Assembly: GCA_035555855.1 (NCBI GenBank)
Contig: DATMGD010000009.1
Location: 17,749-81,748, forward strand
Length of the DNA: 64,000 bases
Origin: Xanthobacteraceae bacterium
GTDB lineage: Bacteria > Pseudomonadota > Alphaproteobacteria > Rhizobiales > Xanthobacteraceae
Direction of reading: 5' to 3'
Shown here: positions 46,198 to 56,770 of the stretch, one piece after another
How positions within the stretch are numbered: the first letter of the stretch is position 1
How the letters are laid out: each line of letters opens with the position of its first letter
Position numbers and translations under genes: made by a program
The notes under the pieces: model-generated
What the model saw: the letters and a program-made list of their open reading frames with translations, nothing else
What the model was told of the DNA's origin: nothing
The model's database searches: none

Positions 46198-47309
46198 ACC
46201 CGCATCGGCATCAGGACGTAGAGCGCGCCGCCCGCATCCTGATCGCGCAACAGCGTCGGCGAGCCGGGATCCGCAAGCTTTAATTCCGCCTTCTCGCCCT
46301 CGATCTGCGCGGCAATGTCCAGCAAATAACGGCTATTGAAGCCGATATCGAGAGGGTCGCTGGAATATTCGACTTCGAGCTCCTCGGTGGCGCTGCCCGA
46401 ATCCGGGTTGGTGACCGACAGCGTCAGCTTGCCGGCGGTAAGCGACAGCTTCACCGCGCGGCCGCGCTCGGACGAAACGGTCGAAACGCGATCGACGGCG
46501 GCGGCGAAATCCGACTTCTCGACAACGAGCGTCTTGTCGTTACCCGCCGGAATGACCCGGCCGTAATCGGGGAATGTTCCGTCGATCAGCTTCGAGGTCA
46601 GCGTCACCCGGCCGAACGAGAAGCGGATTTTGGCCGGCGAGAGTTCGATCTCGACTTCCTCGCCACTGTCTTCAACGAGTTTTTGAATCTCGGCGACGGT
46701 CTTGCGCGGCACGATGACGCCGGGGATGCCGTTCGCGCCCTTGGGCAAGGCAATCTCGACTTGCGCCAGGCGATGCCCGTCAGTTGCAACCGCACGCAAC
46801 TTCGCCGGCTTTTCGTCAACGGCGTGAAGATAAATGCCGTTCAGGTAATAGCGCGTTTCTTCGGTCGAAATCGCAAATTGCGTTTTGTCGACGAGGCGCT
46901 TGAGATCGGGCGTCGCAACCGAAAACTTATGCGAAAGCTCGCCTGCCGCGAGATCCGGAAAGTCCGCTTCCGGCAGCGTCTGCAGCGTGAAGCGCGAGCG
47001 CCCGGCCTTCACCGCCATCGAGCCGCGATCGCCGCTCGCGTTGAGCTCGACCTGCGAGCCTTCAGGCAGCTTGCGCACGATGTCGTAAATCATGTGAGCG
47101 GGAACGGTAGTGGCGCCCGGCGTTTTGACTTCGGCCGGCACCGTTTCGATGACCTCGAGATCAAGGTCGGTCGCCTTCAGCTCGAGGCCGCTTTTCCCGG
47201 CCTTGATCAGCACGTTCGCCAGAATGGGGATCGTATTTCGCCGTTCGACCACACGATGGACATGGGAGAGCGATTTCAGGAGTTCGGCGCGCTCGACAGT
47301 AACCTTCAT
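46194..47309 (-). CDS. dnaN: DNA polymerase III beta sliding clamp
   Basis: MKVTVERAELLKSLSHVHRVVERRNTIPILANVLI N-terminus and C-terminal LMPMRV. ATG 47309 is preferred to the GTG at 47348. Confidence 0.95.
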   Translation of the reverse strand: MKVTVERAELLKSLSHVHRVVERRNTIPILANVLIKAGKSGLELKATDLDLEVIETVPAEVKTPGATTVPAHMIYDIVRKLPEGSQVELNASGDRGSMAVKAGRSRFTLQTLPEADFPDLAAGELSHKFSVATPDLKRLVDKTQFAISTEETRYYLNGIYLHAVDEKPAKLRAVATDGHRLAQVEIALPKGANGIPGVIVPRKTVAEIQKLVEDSGEEVEIELSPAKIRFSFGRVTLTSKLIDGTFPDYGRVIPAGNDKTLVVEKSDFAAAVDRVSTVSSERGRAVKLSLTAGKLTLSVTNPDSGSATEELEVEYSSDPLDIGFNSRYLLDIAAQIEGEKAELKLADPGSPTLLRDQDAGGALYVLMPMRV

Positions 47310-47473
47310 AGGCTCGCGATCCGGGTGATTGGAGGTCCCCAAGGCCACGCGAGGCGATCTCGCCTCACGGGCCGAAAATTTTGACGGTTTGGCGGGGTGA
47401 AGGCAAGGGGCGCAAGCAGAAACCCACGCCTCTTCCGTTCGAGTCCGGCCTCAATCCGCCGGGTTCGGCCGCC

Positions 47474-48925
47474 TCAAGCTTCCAGCAACAGCCTTTTCAA
47501 GACCTCGACCTCTTCGGCGAGCACCTTGTCGTTCGCCACATTGGCGTCGATCTTGCGGACGGCGTGCAGCACCGTGGTGTGATCGCGCCCGCCGAAACGG
47601 CGGCCGATCTCGGGCAGCGAGCGCAGCGTCAGCGTCTTTGCGAGATACATCGCGATCTGGCGCGGGCGAACGACGTTCGCCGTCCGGCGCGAGGACAGAA
47701 GGTCCGAGCGCGTCACGCTGTAGTGCTTGGCGACGATCCGCAGGATGTCCTCGACGCGGATGCGGCGCGGGTCCGACGGACGAACGAGATCGCGGATCAC
47801 TTCGTCGGCGAGCTCGACCGTCACCGGGCGGCCGCTCAGCTGGTTGTGGGCAAGGAGCCGCGTCACGGCGCCGTCGAGATCGCGGCCGTTCTGCGTCACC
47901 TGATGGGCGACGTGATTGACGACCGATTGCGGCACGTCGAAATCGGGATGCTCGGCTTTGGCCGCGGCGATCCGCGCTTCGAGAATGCTGAGACGGAGCG
48001 CCTCTTCGAGCGGCGCGATCTCGACCACGAGGCCACCAGCGAGGCGCGAGCGAACGCGCTCCTCGAGCGTCTCGAGTTCGGGCGGCGCGCGATCGGCGGC
48101 GACGACGACCTGGCGGCCGGCGTCGATCAGCGCGTTCAACGTGTGGCAGAACTCCTGCTGCACCGTCTTGCCCTGCAGGAACTGCAGATCGTCGATGATG
48201 AGCACGTCGATGCCGCGCAGCGCCTCCTTGAAGGCGATCGCCGACTGGTTCTTGAGCGCCGCAACGAAGCCGTACATGAATTTTTCGGCGGTGAGATAGC
48301 TCACCCGGCGGCCGCTGGTTTCACCGGCCCAGGCTATGGCCTGCAAGAGATGCGTCTTGCCGAACCCGACCGAAGCGTAAATGTAGAGCGGATTGAAACG
48401 CGCGACGGTGCCGGCATCGGCATCGACGACCTGACGCGCGGCGGCATGCGCCAGCGCGTTCGAGCGGCCAACCAGGAAGCTCGAGAAGGTAAGCCGAGGA
48501 TCGAGCGGCGAAGAGCCGTTCTTGTCGCGCGCCGATAGCGGGCCGCTCGCCGGAACCGAAAAGCGCTGCAGACCGTTCGGGCGAACGGCAAAGCCGGATT
48601 TCACCGGCGCGTTCATAACGTTGTTCGCGGCAACCGGACGCACGACGGACGAAGAACGAACGACAAGATCGATCTTCTTGATCGCCGGCAATTCGCTGCG
48701 CCACAGCGTCAGCAAGCGCTCGGCGTAGTGCGATTGAATCCAGTTGCGCAGAAAGCGTGTCGGAACCGAAAGCCGCACGGCCTCGCCGCCGCAGTCCTCG
48801 ATTTCCATGCGAGCAAACCAGCTCGAATAAACATCCTCGCCAACCTCCGCGCGGAGGCGGCGGCGAACGCGATCCCAGTGCACGGCGTCAGCGTTCTCGG
48901 AAACTTCTTGCTTTTGGGGCGCCAT
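47474..48925 (-). CDS. dnaA: Chromosomal replication initiator protein DnaA
   Basis: AAA+ Walker A ([10 protein letters not shown]), Walker B (LIIDDLQF), sensor regions, and the domain IV DNA-binding helix ([15 protein letters not shown]). Confidence 0.97.
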   Translation of the reverse strand: MAPQKQEVSENADAVHWDRVRRRLRAEVGEDVYSSWFARMEIEDCGGEAVRLSVPTRFLRNWIQSHYAERLLTLWRSELPAIKKIDLVVRSSSVVRPVAANNVMNAPVKSGFAVRPNGLQRFSVPASGPLSARDKNGSSPLDPRLTFSSFLVGRSNALAHAAARQVVDADAGTVARFNPLYIYASVGFGKTHLLQAIAWAGETSGRRVSYLTAEKFMYGFVAALKNQSAIAFKEALRGIDVLIIDDLQFLQGKTVQQEFCHTLNALIDAGRQVVVAADRAPPELETLEERVRSRLAGGLVVEIAPLEEALRLSILEARIAAAKAEHPDFDVPQSVVNHVAHQVTQNGRDLDGAVTRLLAHNQLSGRPVTVELADEVIRDLVRPSDPRRIRVEDILRIVAKHYSVTRSDLLSSRRTANVVRPRQIAMYLAKTLTLRSLPEIGRRFGGRDHTTVLHAVRKIDANVANDKVLAEEVEVLKRLLLEA

Positions 48926-49830
48926 CTAGAGACTCCAATGCCTTGTCAGGCGCGAGACCTCATCCAGAGGACATATGGTCTCAAACTTTTTTGGTAAGGG
49001 TGAAACGCAATCCAACCGGAGCGTTAAACGTCACAGCCTATAAGCGGCGGGCCCTCGGCCGCTGCAGCCTGACGACGGGGAAAGCCTTGTGCATGGCTCC
49101 TCACCTCACTGCGGGATTTTTGTTCCGAACCGACACTCTTACTCGTCCGCCGATTTCGCATCTCAAGAAGCATGGCCATCCCCTCGCTGCGGTTGAACCC
49201 GCAGTCGCTCCAGAATTTCCGTTTTCGATTGATCCTTAAATTCGACGCCGTACTCGAACTACACTTTACTTACTTGCAACCTTACTCAACGGCGTCCGGT
49301 CATATTCACTGTTACGCAATGAACCGGTGATCCAACAAGATAATTTCATCATGCCGGTCAGTTTCCCGATTTGGTTCGAATGTTTCCGTAATCATCTGAA
49401 CAGCAGAAGAGAGAAATCTCTCTTCGGTGAAAAGACGATACATAGCAGGGTATGGCGGTGCAATGATTCATTTTCGCGAAAGTTTTGTGAGGCGCCTCGG
49501 TATGCCGATTCCACGCCCTCGATCCGCCGCGCGTCCGATTTGTGGCAACAAGAAGCCTTGATTCACTTGACGATTTCGCCAGGTGTCCCGCGTTGAGCAG
49601 GCTCGAAAATATTTCGATTTTTTTTCGGGCGCGCTGCCCGCGCGCGGCGAATTTGGAAAAATTACAAGTCCATGACACGCTTTAGGACGCAACGTTTTGC
49701 ACTGTCTCCGTTTTTTTTGTGAAGCGCGAACGGATAACCGGCGTGTCATTTCACGTGCAATCGGTTTTGCGACTCCGAAAAATGTTTCGAGGATGTTTCG
49801 ACGTTGCGCGCAAGACACACGTCAAGCCAA
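48926..49830 (-). promoter_or_regulatory. Long non-coding dnaA upstream region (promoter/leader; function unresolved)
   Basis: It has no credible ORF and is visibly A/T-enriched relative to flanking genes. It is bounded by the rpsT terminator and the dnaA start, and contains only degenerate DnaA-box-like matches. Confidence 0.45.
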
Positions 49831-49859
49831 ATAGAAAACGGCGGCCTCTCGGCCGCCGT
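49831..49859 (-). terminator. Intrinsic terminator of rpsT
   Basis: On the minus strand, a 9-bp stem ACGGCGGCC-gaga-GGCCGCCGT is followed by TTTTCTAT. It begins 49 nt after the rpsT stop. Confidence 0.7.
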
Positions 49860-49907
49860 CGAAACGCTTACGGGAACGTCTGGCGCGCTGACTTGACGCG
49901 CTACCGC

Positions 49908-50174
49908 TCAGGCTTCGAGCTTGCGCACACGCGCGTTGAGCCGCGACACCTTCCGAGCAGCGGTATTGCGATGGAGAACGCCGCTTTGCGCTGCACGCAT
50001 GATCTGCGGCTCCGCCTTCGCAAGCGCGGCACGCGCCTTCTTGCCATCTCCGGCGCTGATCGCATCTTCGACCGCGCGAATGGAAGTCGCAAAACGCGAG
50101 CGGCGCTGCTTGTTGATCACTGTCTTGCGGGCGATCTTGCGCGTCGCTTTCTTGGCAGAGGTCGTATTGGGCAT
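49908..50174 (-). CDS. rpsT: 30S ribosomal protein S20
   Basis: 88-aa basic product [28 protein letters not shown].... ATG at 50174; the longer ORF from 50273 is unlikely. Confidence 0.93.
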   Translation of the reverse strand: MPNTTSAKKATRKIARKTVINKQRRSRFATSIRAVEDAISAGDGKKARAALAKAEPQIMRAAQSGVLHRNTAARKVSRLNARVRKLEA

Positions 50175-50257
50175 GCTTGAACGTCCAGTTCGATCGGATT
50201 TTGGAATGAAAAAGATAAAATGCCGCGAAAGCGCCCTCAGGCATCGCGAGCGGGCGG

Positions 50258-50286
50258 ACCATAGTGGGACCACCCGCCAGCGTCAA
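50258..50286 (-). promoter_or_regulatory. Sigma70-like promoter candidate for rpsT
   Basis: On the minus strand, TTGACG (50286-50281), a 17-nt spacer, then TATGGT (50263-50258). An upstream A/T block carries the direct repeat TATATAG-N6-TATATAG (50290-50312). Confidence 0.45.
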
Positions 50287-50314
50287 CGGTATATATAGTG
50301 TCGCTATATAGAGC

Positions 50315-51088
50315 CTAGCGGTGTTTGAAGGATGGGGCGCGCTTGTCGACAAAGGCGGCCATACCCTCCTTCTGGTCGGTGGTCGCGAACATCGCATGGA
50401 AGACCCGCCGCTCGAACCGGATCCCTGCCGAAAGGGTGGTTTCGTAAGCCTGATTGACGCTTTCCTTGGTCATCATGGCAATGGGCAGCGACATGCCGGC
50501 CACGGCCTCAGCCGTCTTCATGGCTTCGTCCATGAGACCGGCCGCCGGAACGATCCGTGATACCAGCCCGGCCCGCTCGGCCTCTTCGGCGCCCATCATC
50601 CGACCGGTCAGGCAGAGGTCCATCGCCTTGGCCTTGCCGATGAAACGCGTGAGCCGTTGGGTGCCGCCGATCCCCGGCATGACGCCGAGCTTGATCTCGG
50701 GCTGGCCGAACTGGGCGTTGTCGGCGGCAAGCACGATGTCGCACATCATCATCAATTCGCAGCCGCCGCCCAATGCGTAGCCGGCCACCGCTGCGACGAT
50801 CGGCTTGCGGGTGCGGCCGATCCGTTCCCAGGCCGCGACGAAGTCGTCGAGGTAGTTTTGCGGATAGCCCATCGACTGCATCTGCTTGATGTCGGCGCCG
50901 GCGGCAAAAGCCTTTTCGGAGCCGGTCAGCACGATGCAACCGATGTCGGAATTATTTTCAAATGTTTCGAGTGCCTGATTGAGTTCGTCGATCAAAGGAC
51001 CGTTCAGGGCGTTCAGCGCCTTGGGGCGATCGAGTGTGATCAGGCCGACACGGCCTTTGGTTTCGATGCGGATGTTTTCGTAGGCCAT
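50315..51088 (-). CDS. Enoyl-CoA hydratase (crotonase family)
   Basis: MAYENIRIETKGRVGLITLDRPKALNAL, oxyanion-hole motifs (AFAAGADI, GYALGGGCELMMMCD). ATG 51088 lies after GAGGAGG. Confidence 0.9.
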   Translation of the reverse strand: MAYENIRIETKGRVGLITLDRPKALNALNGPLIDELNQALETFENNSDIGCIVLTGSEKAFAAGADIKQMQSMGYPQNYLDDFVAAWERIGRTRKPIVAAVAGYALGGGCELMMMCDIVLAADNAQFGQPEIKLGVMPGIGGTQRLTRFIGKAKAMDLCLTGRMMGAEEAERAGLVSRIVPAAGLMDEAMKTAEAVAGMSLPIAMMTKESVNQAYETTLSAGIRFERRVFHAMFATTDQKEGMAAFVDKRAPSFKHR

Positions 51089-51112
51089 GTTACCTCCTCG
51101 AAATCGCGGCAT

Positions 51113-51994
51113 TCAACGCTGGCAGACAGGACAATAAAAGGTCGAGCGGCCGGTCTGTACGATACGGCGGATCTTCCCCTTGCAGCCTGGCTGCGAGCAA
51201 GCCTCGCCCGCGCGGTCATAGACGCGGAAATAGTGGCTGAAGTAGCCAAGCTCGCCATCGGGCAGCCGGTGATTGCGCAGCGACGATCCGCCGGCCCGCA
51301 CCGCGTCCTGCAAAACATGTTTGATCGCCTCCACGAGTTCGTTCGCGGCGGCTGTCGGCGCACCTTTGCGATCCGCCAGGATCGAAGCGGGACGCCTGGG
51401 TGACAAATGCGCACGGTGCAGCGCTTCGGCGACATAGATATTGCCAAGACCGGCTACGACCCTTTGGTCGAGGAGAAGCGCCTTGAGGCTCGTCTTCTTG
51501 CCGTGAGCGGCAGCCGCCAGCATCACCGCGTCGAAACTGTTGCCGAGCGGCTCGGGGCCGAGGTTTCGCAGCATCGGTTCGGCTTCAAGCGCGGCGCGCG
51601 GCACAAGCTTCATGAAGCCGAAGCGGCGCGGATCGTTGAAGGTGACGGTCCAGCCCGACGACATGGTGAAGACGACATGATCGTGCTTGCCGGGCTTGCC
51701 GCGCGGGTGATGAAATTCGCCCATGTCCTTCTCCCGGCCCGACTTCTCGGCGCGGAACGAGCCGGACATGCCAAGATGCATCAGCAACACATCGCCCGAC
51801 GAGAGATCGGCGACGATGTATTTGGCGCGCCGCCCAAGACCGGTCACGGTCGCCCCGGTGAGGCGGCGGGCAAAGCCCTTGGGGAACGGAAAGCGCAGGT
51901 CCGGGCGATAGGCCTTGACGTCGAGGAAGCGCGCGCCCTCCATCGCGGGCTCGAGGCCGCGCCGTACCGTTTCAACTTCGGGAAGTTCAGGCAC
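51113..51994 (-). CDS. mutM: Formamidopyrimidine-DNA glycosylase (Fpg/MutM)
   Basis: A GTG start gives the canonical (M)[14 protein letters not shown]-terminus. The C-terminal zinc finger is [27 protein letters not shown]. Confidence 0.92.
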   Translation of the reverse strand: MPELPEVETVRRGLEPAMEGARFLDVKAYRPDLRFPFPKGFARRLTGATVTGLGRRAKYIVADLSSGDVLLMHLGMSGSFRAEKSGREKDMGEFHHPRGKPGKHDHVVFTMSSGWTVTFNDPRRFGFMKLVPRAALEAEPMLRNLGPEPLGNSFDAVMLAAAAHGKKTSLKALLLDQRVVAGLGNIYVAEALHRAHLSPRRPASILADRKGAPTAAANELVEAIKHVLQDAVRAGGSSLRNHRLPDGELGYFSHYFRVYDRAGEACSQPGCKGKIRRIVQTGRSTFYCPVCQR

Positions 51995-52077
51995 TTTAAC
52001 CTTCCGGTACTCTATTCCCGGCTGTGATAGCGCCGGAGCGGGCCGCGCGCTATGGTCCCCTCGACCAAGAGAGAGCA

Positions 52078-52839
52078 ATGTCCACCGAGCGCTCCGATAC
52101 TCATTTCGGCTTCCGCAGCGTGCCGCTTGAAGACAAGCAGACGCTGGTCGACGACGTCTTCCACAAGGTCGCGCGGCGTTACGACGTGATGAACGACCTG
52201 ATGTCGGGCGGCCTGCATCGCGCCTGGAAGGACGCGCTCGTCTCGAAACTTCGCCCGCCGAAGAGTGCGCGGCCGTTTCACCTGCTCGATCTTGCCGGCG
52301 GCACCGGCGACGTTTCGTTTCGCGTCGTCAAGGCAGGCGGCAGCGGCGTCAAGGCGACGGTCGCCGACATCAACGCGGACATGCTGGCCGTCGGCCGCGA
52401 ACGGGCGGCAAAGCACGGGCTGGATAGCCAAACCGAATTCGTCGAGGCCAATGCCGAGGAGCTGCCGTTTCCCGACAAGTCCTTCGATGCCGCGACGATC
52501 GCCTTCGGCATTCGCAACGTGCCGCGGATCGAGCGAGCGCTCAGCGAAATCCATCGCGTGCTGAAGCCGGGCGGGCATTTTCTTTGTCTCGAATTTTCCT
52601 CGGTGAACGTGCCGGGGCTCGACAAGCTTTATGAGCTTTACTCCTTCAAGGTGATCCCCGAGATCGGCCGGCTCGTCGCCGGGGATGCCGAACCCTATCG
52701 CTATCTCGTCGAATCGATCCGCCAGTTCCCCGCGCCCGAGGCATTCGCCGCGATGATGCGCAAGGCGGGCTTTGCGCGCGTTAGCTTCACGCCGATGACC
52801 GGCGGGATCGTCGCGCTTCATTCCGGCTGGCGGCTCTGA
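52078..52839 (+). CDS. ubiE: Ubiquinone/menaquinone biosynthesis C-methyltransferase UbiE
   Basis: [30 protein letters not shown], and SAM motif [10 protein letters not shown]. It is divergent from mutM. Confidence 0.92.
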   Translation: MSTERSDTHFGFRSVPLEDKQTLVDDVFHKVARRYDVMNDLMSGGLHRAWKDALVSKLRPPKSARPFHLLDLAGGTGDVSFRVVKAGGSGVKATVADINADMLAVGRERAAKHGLDSQTEFVEANAEELPFPDKSFDAATIAFGIRNVPRIERALSEIHRVLKPGGHFLCLEFSSVNVPGLDKLYELYSFKVIPEIGRLVAGDAEPYRYLVESIRQFPAPEAFAAMMRKAGFARVSFTPMTGGIVALHSGWRL

Positions 52840-52846
52840 GGCGATT

Positions 52847-54412
52847 GTGATCTCCGGTTTTTTTCATCTCCTGAGCCTTGCGCGCGCCGGTTTCGTGTTC
52901 GCGCGCGAGGGCGTGCTCGGCCTCGTCGACCCGACCGTTTTGCCGGCGGGCCCGCGCTTTCTGCTCCGCTGCGCGCGGCTCGTCGAGCGCCGCAACGCCG
53001 GCAGCGGATCGGTGCGGCTTGCGAAGGCGCTGGCGCGGCTTGGACCCTCCTACGTCAAGCTCGGACAATTTCTCGCGACACGGCCCGATGTCGTCGGCGC
53101 CGCGATCGCGAACGATTTAGAGAGCTTGCAGGATCGCATGCCGCCGTTCTCGCAGCGGCAGGCGGAAGCCGCGATCCATGAGGGTTTGGGCAAGCCGGTC
53201 ACCGAGTTATTCACGCAATTCGGGCCACCGGTCGCGGCCGCCTCGATTGCACAAGTGCATCGCGCGGAGGTCGCGGGCGAAGCCGGTATGCGGGCCGTCG
53301 CGGTGAAAGTGCTCCGCCCCCGCGTCGAATACCGCTTTCAGCGCGATCTCGACACGTTCTTTTTCGCCGCCCGGCTCGGCGAGCGCCACTCGGCGGAAGC
53401 GCGCCGGCTGCGGATGATTTCGACCGTCGAGACACTGGCACGCTCGGTCGCAATCGAGATGGATTTGCGGCTGGAGGCCGCGGCCTTTTCGGAGCTTGCG
53501 CAGAACACCAAAGACGATCCCGATTTCCGCGTGCCCGCGGTCGACTGGGCCCGTACCGCCAAGCGCGTGCTCACCGTCGAATGGGTCGATGGCATTCCGC
53601 TCAACGACAAGAACAAGCTTGCGGCGGCTGGCTTCGATTTCAAGCATCTTGCGCGTGTCGTCATCCAGTCGTTTCTGCGGCAGGCGCTGCGCGATGGCTT
53701 CTTTCACGCCGACATGCACCCAGGCAATCTGTTCGTCGACAAGAGCGGCGATCTCGTTGCGGTGGATTGCGGCATCATGGGGCGGCTCGGACCGAAGGAG
53801 CGGCGCTTCCTTGCCGAGATTCTCTACGGCTTCATCACCGGCGACTGGCGACGTACGGCCGAGGTGCATTTCGAAGCGGGTTACGTGCCCTCGCATCATT
53901 CGGTCGATGATTTCGCCCAAGCCATCCGTGCCATCGGCGAGCCGATCCGCGAACGGCCGGCGAGCGAAATCTCGATGGCGAAATTGCTCACGCTACTCTT
54001 TGAAGTCACCGCGATCTTCGACATGAAGACGCGGCCCGAACTTCTGCTCCTGCAAAAAACGATGGTGGTCGTCGAAGGCGTCGCGCGTTCGCTCGACCCC
54101 GACTTCGACATGTGGGCGACTTCCGATCCTGTGGTGCGCGAGTGGATCGAACGCAATCTCGGCCCCATTGGCCGCGTCGAAAACGCAGCGCAGGAAATCG
54201 GCGGCCTCGCCCGCCTCGTCGGCTCCGCCCCGTCGCTCTTGTCCCGCGCCGCGCAAACCTTCGAGCGGCTGGACGAGCAGACCAAGGACGGCCTCGTGCT
54301 GTCGCCCGCAACCGTCGAGGCGATCGGCGCAAGCAAACGGCGCGGCCGGGCCTGGATGACGGCGGCCCTGTGGGCGATCGCGCTCCTGATCGCGATCTGG
54401 CTGTTTCGCTAG
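52847..54412 (+). CDS. ubiB: UbiB (ABC1/ADCK-like) ubiquinone biosynthesis protein
   Basis: LGPSYVKLGQFLATRPD, AAASIAQVHRA, kinase-like FFHADMHPGNLF, and a C-terminal TM segment. It follows ubiE. Confidence 0.9.
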   Translation: MISGFFHLLSLARAGFVFAREGVLGLVDPTVLPAGPRFLLRCARLVERRNAGSGSVRLAKALARLGPSYVKLGQFLATRPDVVGAAIANDLESLQDRMPPFSQRQAEAAIHEGLGKPVTELFTQFGPPVAAASIAQVHRAEVAGEAGMRAVAVKVLRPRVEYRFQRDLDTFFFAARLGERHSAEARRLRMISTVETLARSVAIEMDLRLEAAAFSELAQNTKDDPDFRVPAVDWARTAKRVLTVEWVDGIPLNDKNKLAAAGFDFKHLARVVIQSFLRQALRDGFFHADMHPGNLFVDKSGDLVAVDCGIMGRLGPKERRFLAEILYGFITGDWRRTAEVHFEAGYVPSHHSVDDFAQAIRAIGEPIRERPASEISMAKLLTLLFEVTAIFDMKTRPELLLLQKTMVVVEGVARSLDPDFDMWATSDPVVREWIERNLGPIGRVENAAQEIGGLARLVGSAPSLLSRAAQTFERLDEQTKDGLVLSPATVEAIGASKRRGRAWMTAALWAIALLIAIWLFR

Positions 54413-54553
54413 ATTTTCAGGGCTTTTTCCGCTCCATGGTTAACAGGCCTCGCGAAAAGCCCTCGCCTCCCATAATTGAACGGTGATAATCTGGGATTTA
54501 GGCTGAAGGCCACCCGTACCTGGTTCCGTACGGGGGCGTATCCAGGTTGCGTC

Positions 54554-55774
54554 ATGATTTTGAACGGCAAGCGTATCCTGCTCATCATCGGCGGCGGCAT
54601 CGCCGCCTATAAGAGTCTCGAGCTGATCCGGCGCCTCAAGGAGCGCGGCGCGAAAGTGCGCGGCATCCTGACGCCGGGCGGCGCCGAATTCATCACGCCG
54701 CTTTCCGTCGCCGCGATCTCGGGGGATCGCTGCTTCACCGAGCTCTTTTCTCACGAGGACGAATTCGACATCGGCCACATTCGCCTCTCGCGCGAAGCCG
54801 ATCTCATCGTCGTCGCGCCCGCGACTGCCGATCTCATCGCCAAGATGGCGCAAGGCATCACCAACGATCTTGCGACTGCCGTGCTGCTCGCGACCGACAA
54901 GCGCGTACTGATTGCGCCCGCGATGAACCCGATGATGTGGAACCACGCAGCGACGAAACGCAATTTCGCGCAGCTCATGGCGGACGGCATTATCGCCGCC
55001 GGTCCCAATGCCGGCGAAATGGCCGAGCGCGGCGAAGCCGGTGTCGGCCGCATGGCGGAACCTTTGGAGATTGTCGCGGCGATCGAAGCTCTGCTGAATG
55101 AGATGCCCGCAAGCGACGCATTGAAAGGCCGCAAGGTGCTCGTCACCTCCGGCCCGACGCGCGAGCCGATCGACCCCGTTCGTTATATCTCCAATCATTC
55201 TTCCGGCCGGCAGGGCCACGCCGTCGCGCGCGCAGCGGCAGCGGCGGGAGCGGAGGTCACGCTCGTATCGGGGCCGGTAGAACTCCCGGACCCCTCCGGC
55301 GTGAAAACCATTCACGTCGAGACGGCATCGGAAATGCTTTCGGCCGCGCAATCGGCGCTGCCGGTCGATATCGCGGTTTGCGCCGCGGCGGTCGCCGACT
55401 GGCGCGTCGATGCGGTCGCCAACGAGAAGATGAAAAAGATCGACGGCCGCGCGCCTTCGCTGTCGTTCGTCGAAAACCCCGACATCCTCGCGACGCTCTC
55501 GCACGGCAAGAAGCGCCCGCGGCTCGTCATCGGCTTTGCCGCCGAAACCGAAAAAGTCATCGAGCACGCGCGCGCCAAACTTGCGCGCAAGGGCTGCGAC
55601 TGGATCGTCGCGAACGATGTATCACCCGAAACGGGGACCTTCGGCGGCCGCAACAACCAGGTCCATCTCGTCACTGCCGGCGGCGTTGAGAGCTGGCCCC
55701 TGCTCTCCAAGGAAGCGGTCGCTGATGGTCTCGTCCGCCGGATCGCGGCAACGCTCAAAGAGGCTCGCGCATGA
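54554..55774 (+). CDS. coaBC: Bifunctional phosphopantothenoylcysteine decarboxylase/synthetase
   Basis: N-terminal flavoprotein domain (ILLIIGGGIAAYKS, PAMNPMMW) and C-terminal CoaB domain (VLVTSGPTREPIDPVRYISNHSSG). ATG at 54554. Confidence 0.93.
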   Translation: MILNGKRILLIIGGGIAAYKSLELIRRLKERGAKVRGILTPGGAEFITPLSVAAISGDRCFTELFSHEDEFDIGHIRLSREADLIVVAPATADLIAKMAQGITNDLATAVLLATDKRVLIAPAMNPMMWNHAATKRNFAQLMADGIIAAGPNAGEMAERGEAGVGRMAEPLEIVAAIEALLNEMPASDALKGRKVLVTSGPTREPIDPVRYISNHSSGRQGHAVARAAAAAGAEVTLVSGPVELPDPSGVKTIHVETASEMLSAAQSALPVDIAVCAAAVADWRVDAVANEKMKKIDGRAPSLSFVENPDILATLSHGKKRPRLVIGFAAETEKVIEHARAKLARKGCDWIVANDVSPETGTFGGRNNQVHLVTAGGVESWPLLSKEAVADGLVRRIAATLKEARA

Positions 55775-56247
55775 AGCCGCTCAGCGTTCCTTTCACACGC
55801 CTGCCCCACGCCCTTGGCCTCCCGGCCCCGGCCTACGAAACCGAGGGCGCCGCCGGCGTCGATCTCATCGCGGCGCTTCCCGATACCGAGCCGCTCTCGA
55901 TCGCCCCGCAAGGCTGGGCCGCGATCCCGACCGGACTCGTGCTCGAGATCCCGCACGGTTTTCAGGGCGAAGTCCGGCCGCGTTCGGGCCTCGCGCTGCG
56001 CCATGCCGTCACGGTGCTGAATGCACCCGGTACCATCGATTCCGATTATCGCGGCGAAGTGCGCGTGCTCCTCATCAATTTCGGACCCGAGCCGTTCACC
56101 GTCACGCGCGGCATGCGCGTCGCGCAGCTTGTGTTCACGCCTGCGCTGCGCGCCAATATCTATTCGGTCGAAACCCTCAGCGCGACGGCGCGCGGCGAAG
56201 GCGGTTTCGGCTCCACCGGTCTTCACAGTAAACTCGCGAGCGAATAA
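55771..56247 (+). CDS. dut: dUTP diphosphatase
   Basis: GAAGVDL, RSGLAL, GTIDSDYRGE and GEGGFGSTG motifs. It has a 4-nt overlap with coaBC. Confidence 0.93.
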   Translation: MKPLSVPFTRLPHALGLPAPAYETEGAAGVDLIAALPDTEPLSIAPQGWAAIPTGLVLEIPHGFQGEVRPRSGLALRHAVTVLNAPGTIDSDYRGEVRVLLINFGPEPFTVTRGMRVAQLVFTPALRANIYSVETLSATARGEGGFGSTGLHSKLASE

Positions 56248-56688
56248 ATGGCGCGTCTATCCGAAAAAAGCCTGCTGGCCGTCGCGGCGATCGTCGATAT
56301 CGCGATCCACTCGCGCGGGCAGCCGGTCGCGGCAAAGGCGCTTGCCGAGCGGCACCACCTGCCGCCGCGCCATCTCGAGCCGGTGCTCCAGGCTCTCGTC
56401 CATGCCGGCATTCTCAAAGGCGTGCGCGGCCCGCGCGGCGGCTATGAACTTGCCCGCGAGCGGCGGCGCATTTCGGTCGCCGAAATCGCGCGCGTTGCCG
56501 AAACAACCGCCGCGGAAAACAACACGCATATTCCGGTGCTGGTCGAAAAGGTTGTGCAACCCGCGGTCGCCGCGGCCGAGCAGTCTTTCGAGATCGCGCT
56601 CTCCGCCGTCTCGATTGATGAGCTGTGTCGCGCCGCTGAAAAGCAGGGCATTGCCGAAACGAAGACCACCGCCGATTTCAATATCTAA
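56248..56688 (+). CDS. Rrf2 family transcriptional regulator (cluster-less type)
   Basis: The N-terminal Rrf2 winged helix is LAVAAIVDIAIHSRGQPVAAKALAERHHLPPRHLEPVLQALVHAGILKGVRGPRGGYELAR. The whole protein has only one Cys, so the three-Cys Fe-S ligand set of IscR/NsrR is absent. Confidence 0.8.
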   Translation: MARLSEKSLLAVAAIVDIAIHSRGQPVAAKALAERHHLPPRHLEPVLQALVHAGILKGVRGPRGGYELARERRRISVAEIARVAETTAAENNTHIPVLVEKVVQPAVAAAEQSFEIALSAVSIDELCRAAEKQGIAETKTTADFNI

Positions 56689-56770
56689 TACTTGTCGCCG
56701 GAATCGGAAATCGACTCGATTTCGCGGATATGCTACGGGCGCTTTCCTTGTTTTTTGACGGGAAGCCGTG

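Noticed and set aside
49373-49381. GGTTCGAAT, which resembles a tRNA T-loop.
   Set aside because: The flanking bases (tttgg / gtttc) cannot form a T-stem, and no acceptor or anticodon arms can be drawn, so it is not a tRNA.
49327-49818. Short ORFs (89, 106 and 116 aa) inside the rpsT-dnaA spacer.
   Set aside because: They are mutually overlapping on both strands. Their composition is atypical for this genome's proteins, they have no SD-like start contexts and no motifs. I treat them as non-coding.
48926-49907. Chromosomal origin of replication (oriC) next to dnaA.
   Set aside because: I do not accept this as the primary interpretation. There is no perfect DnaA box, no cluster of boxes, no CtrA TTAA-N7-TTAA site and no hemE neighbour. 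The orientation of the highly expressed operons in the window also does not point to a fork origin here. It is kept only as an alternative in the corresponding finding.
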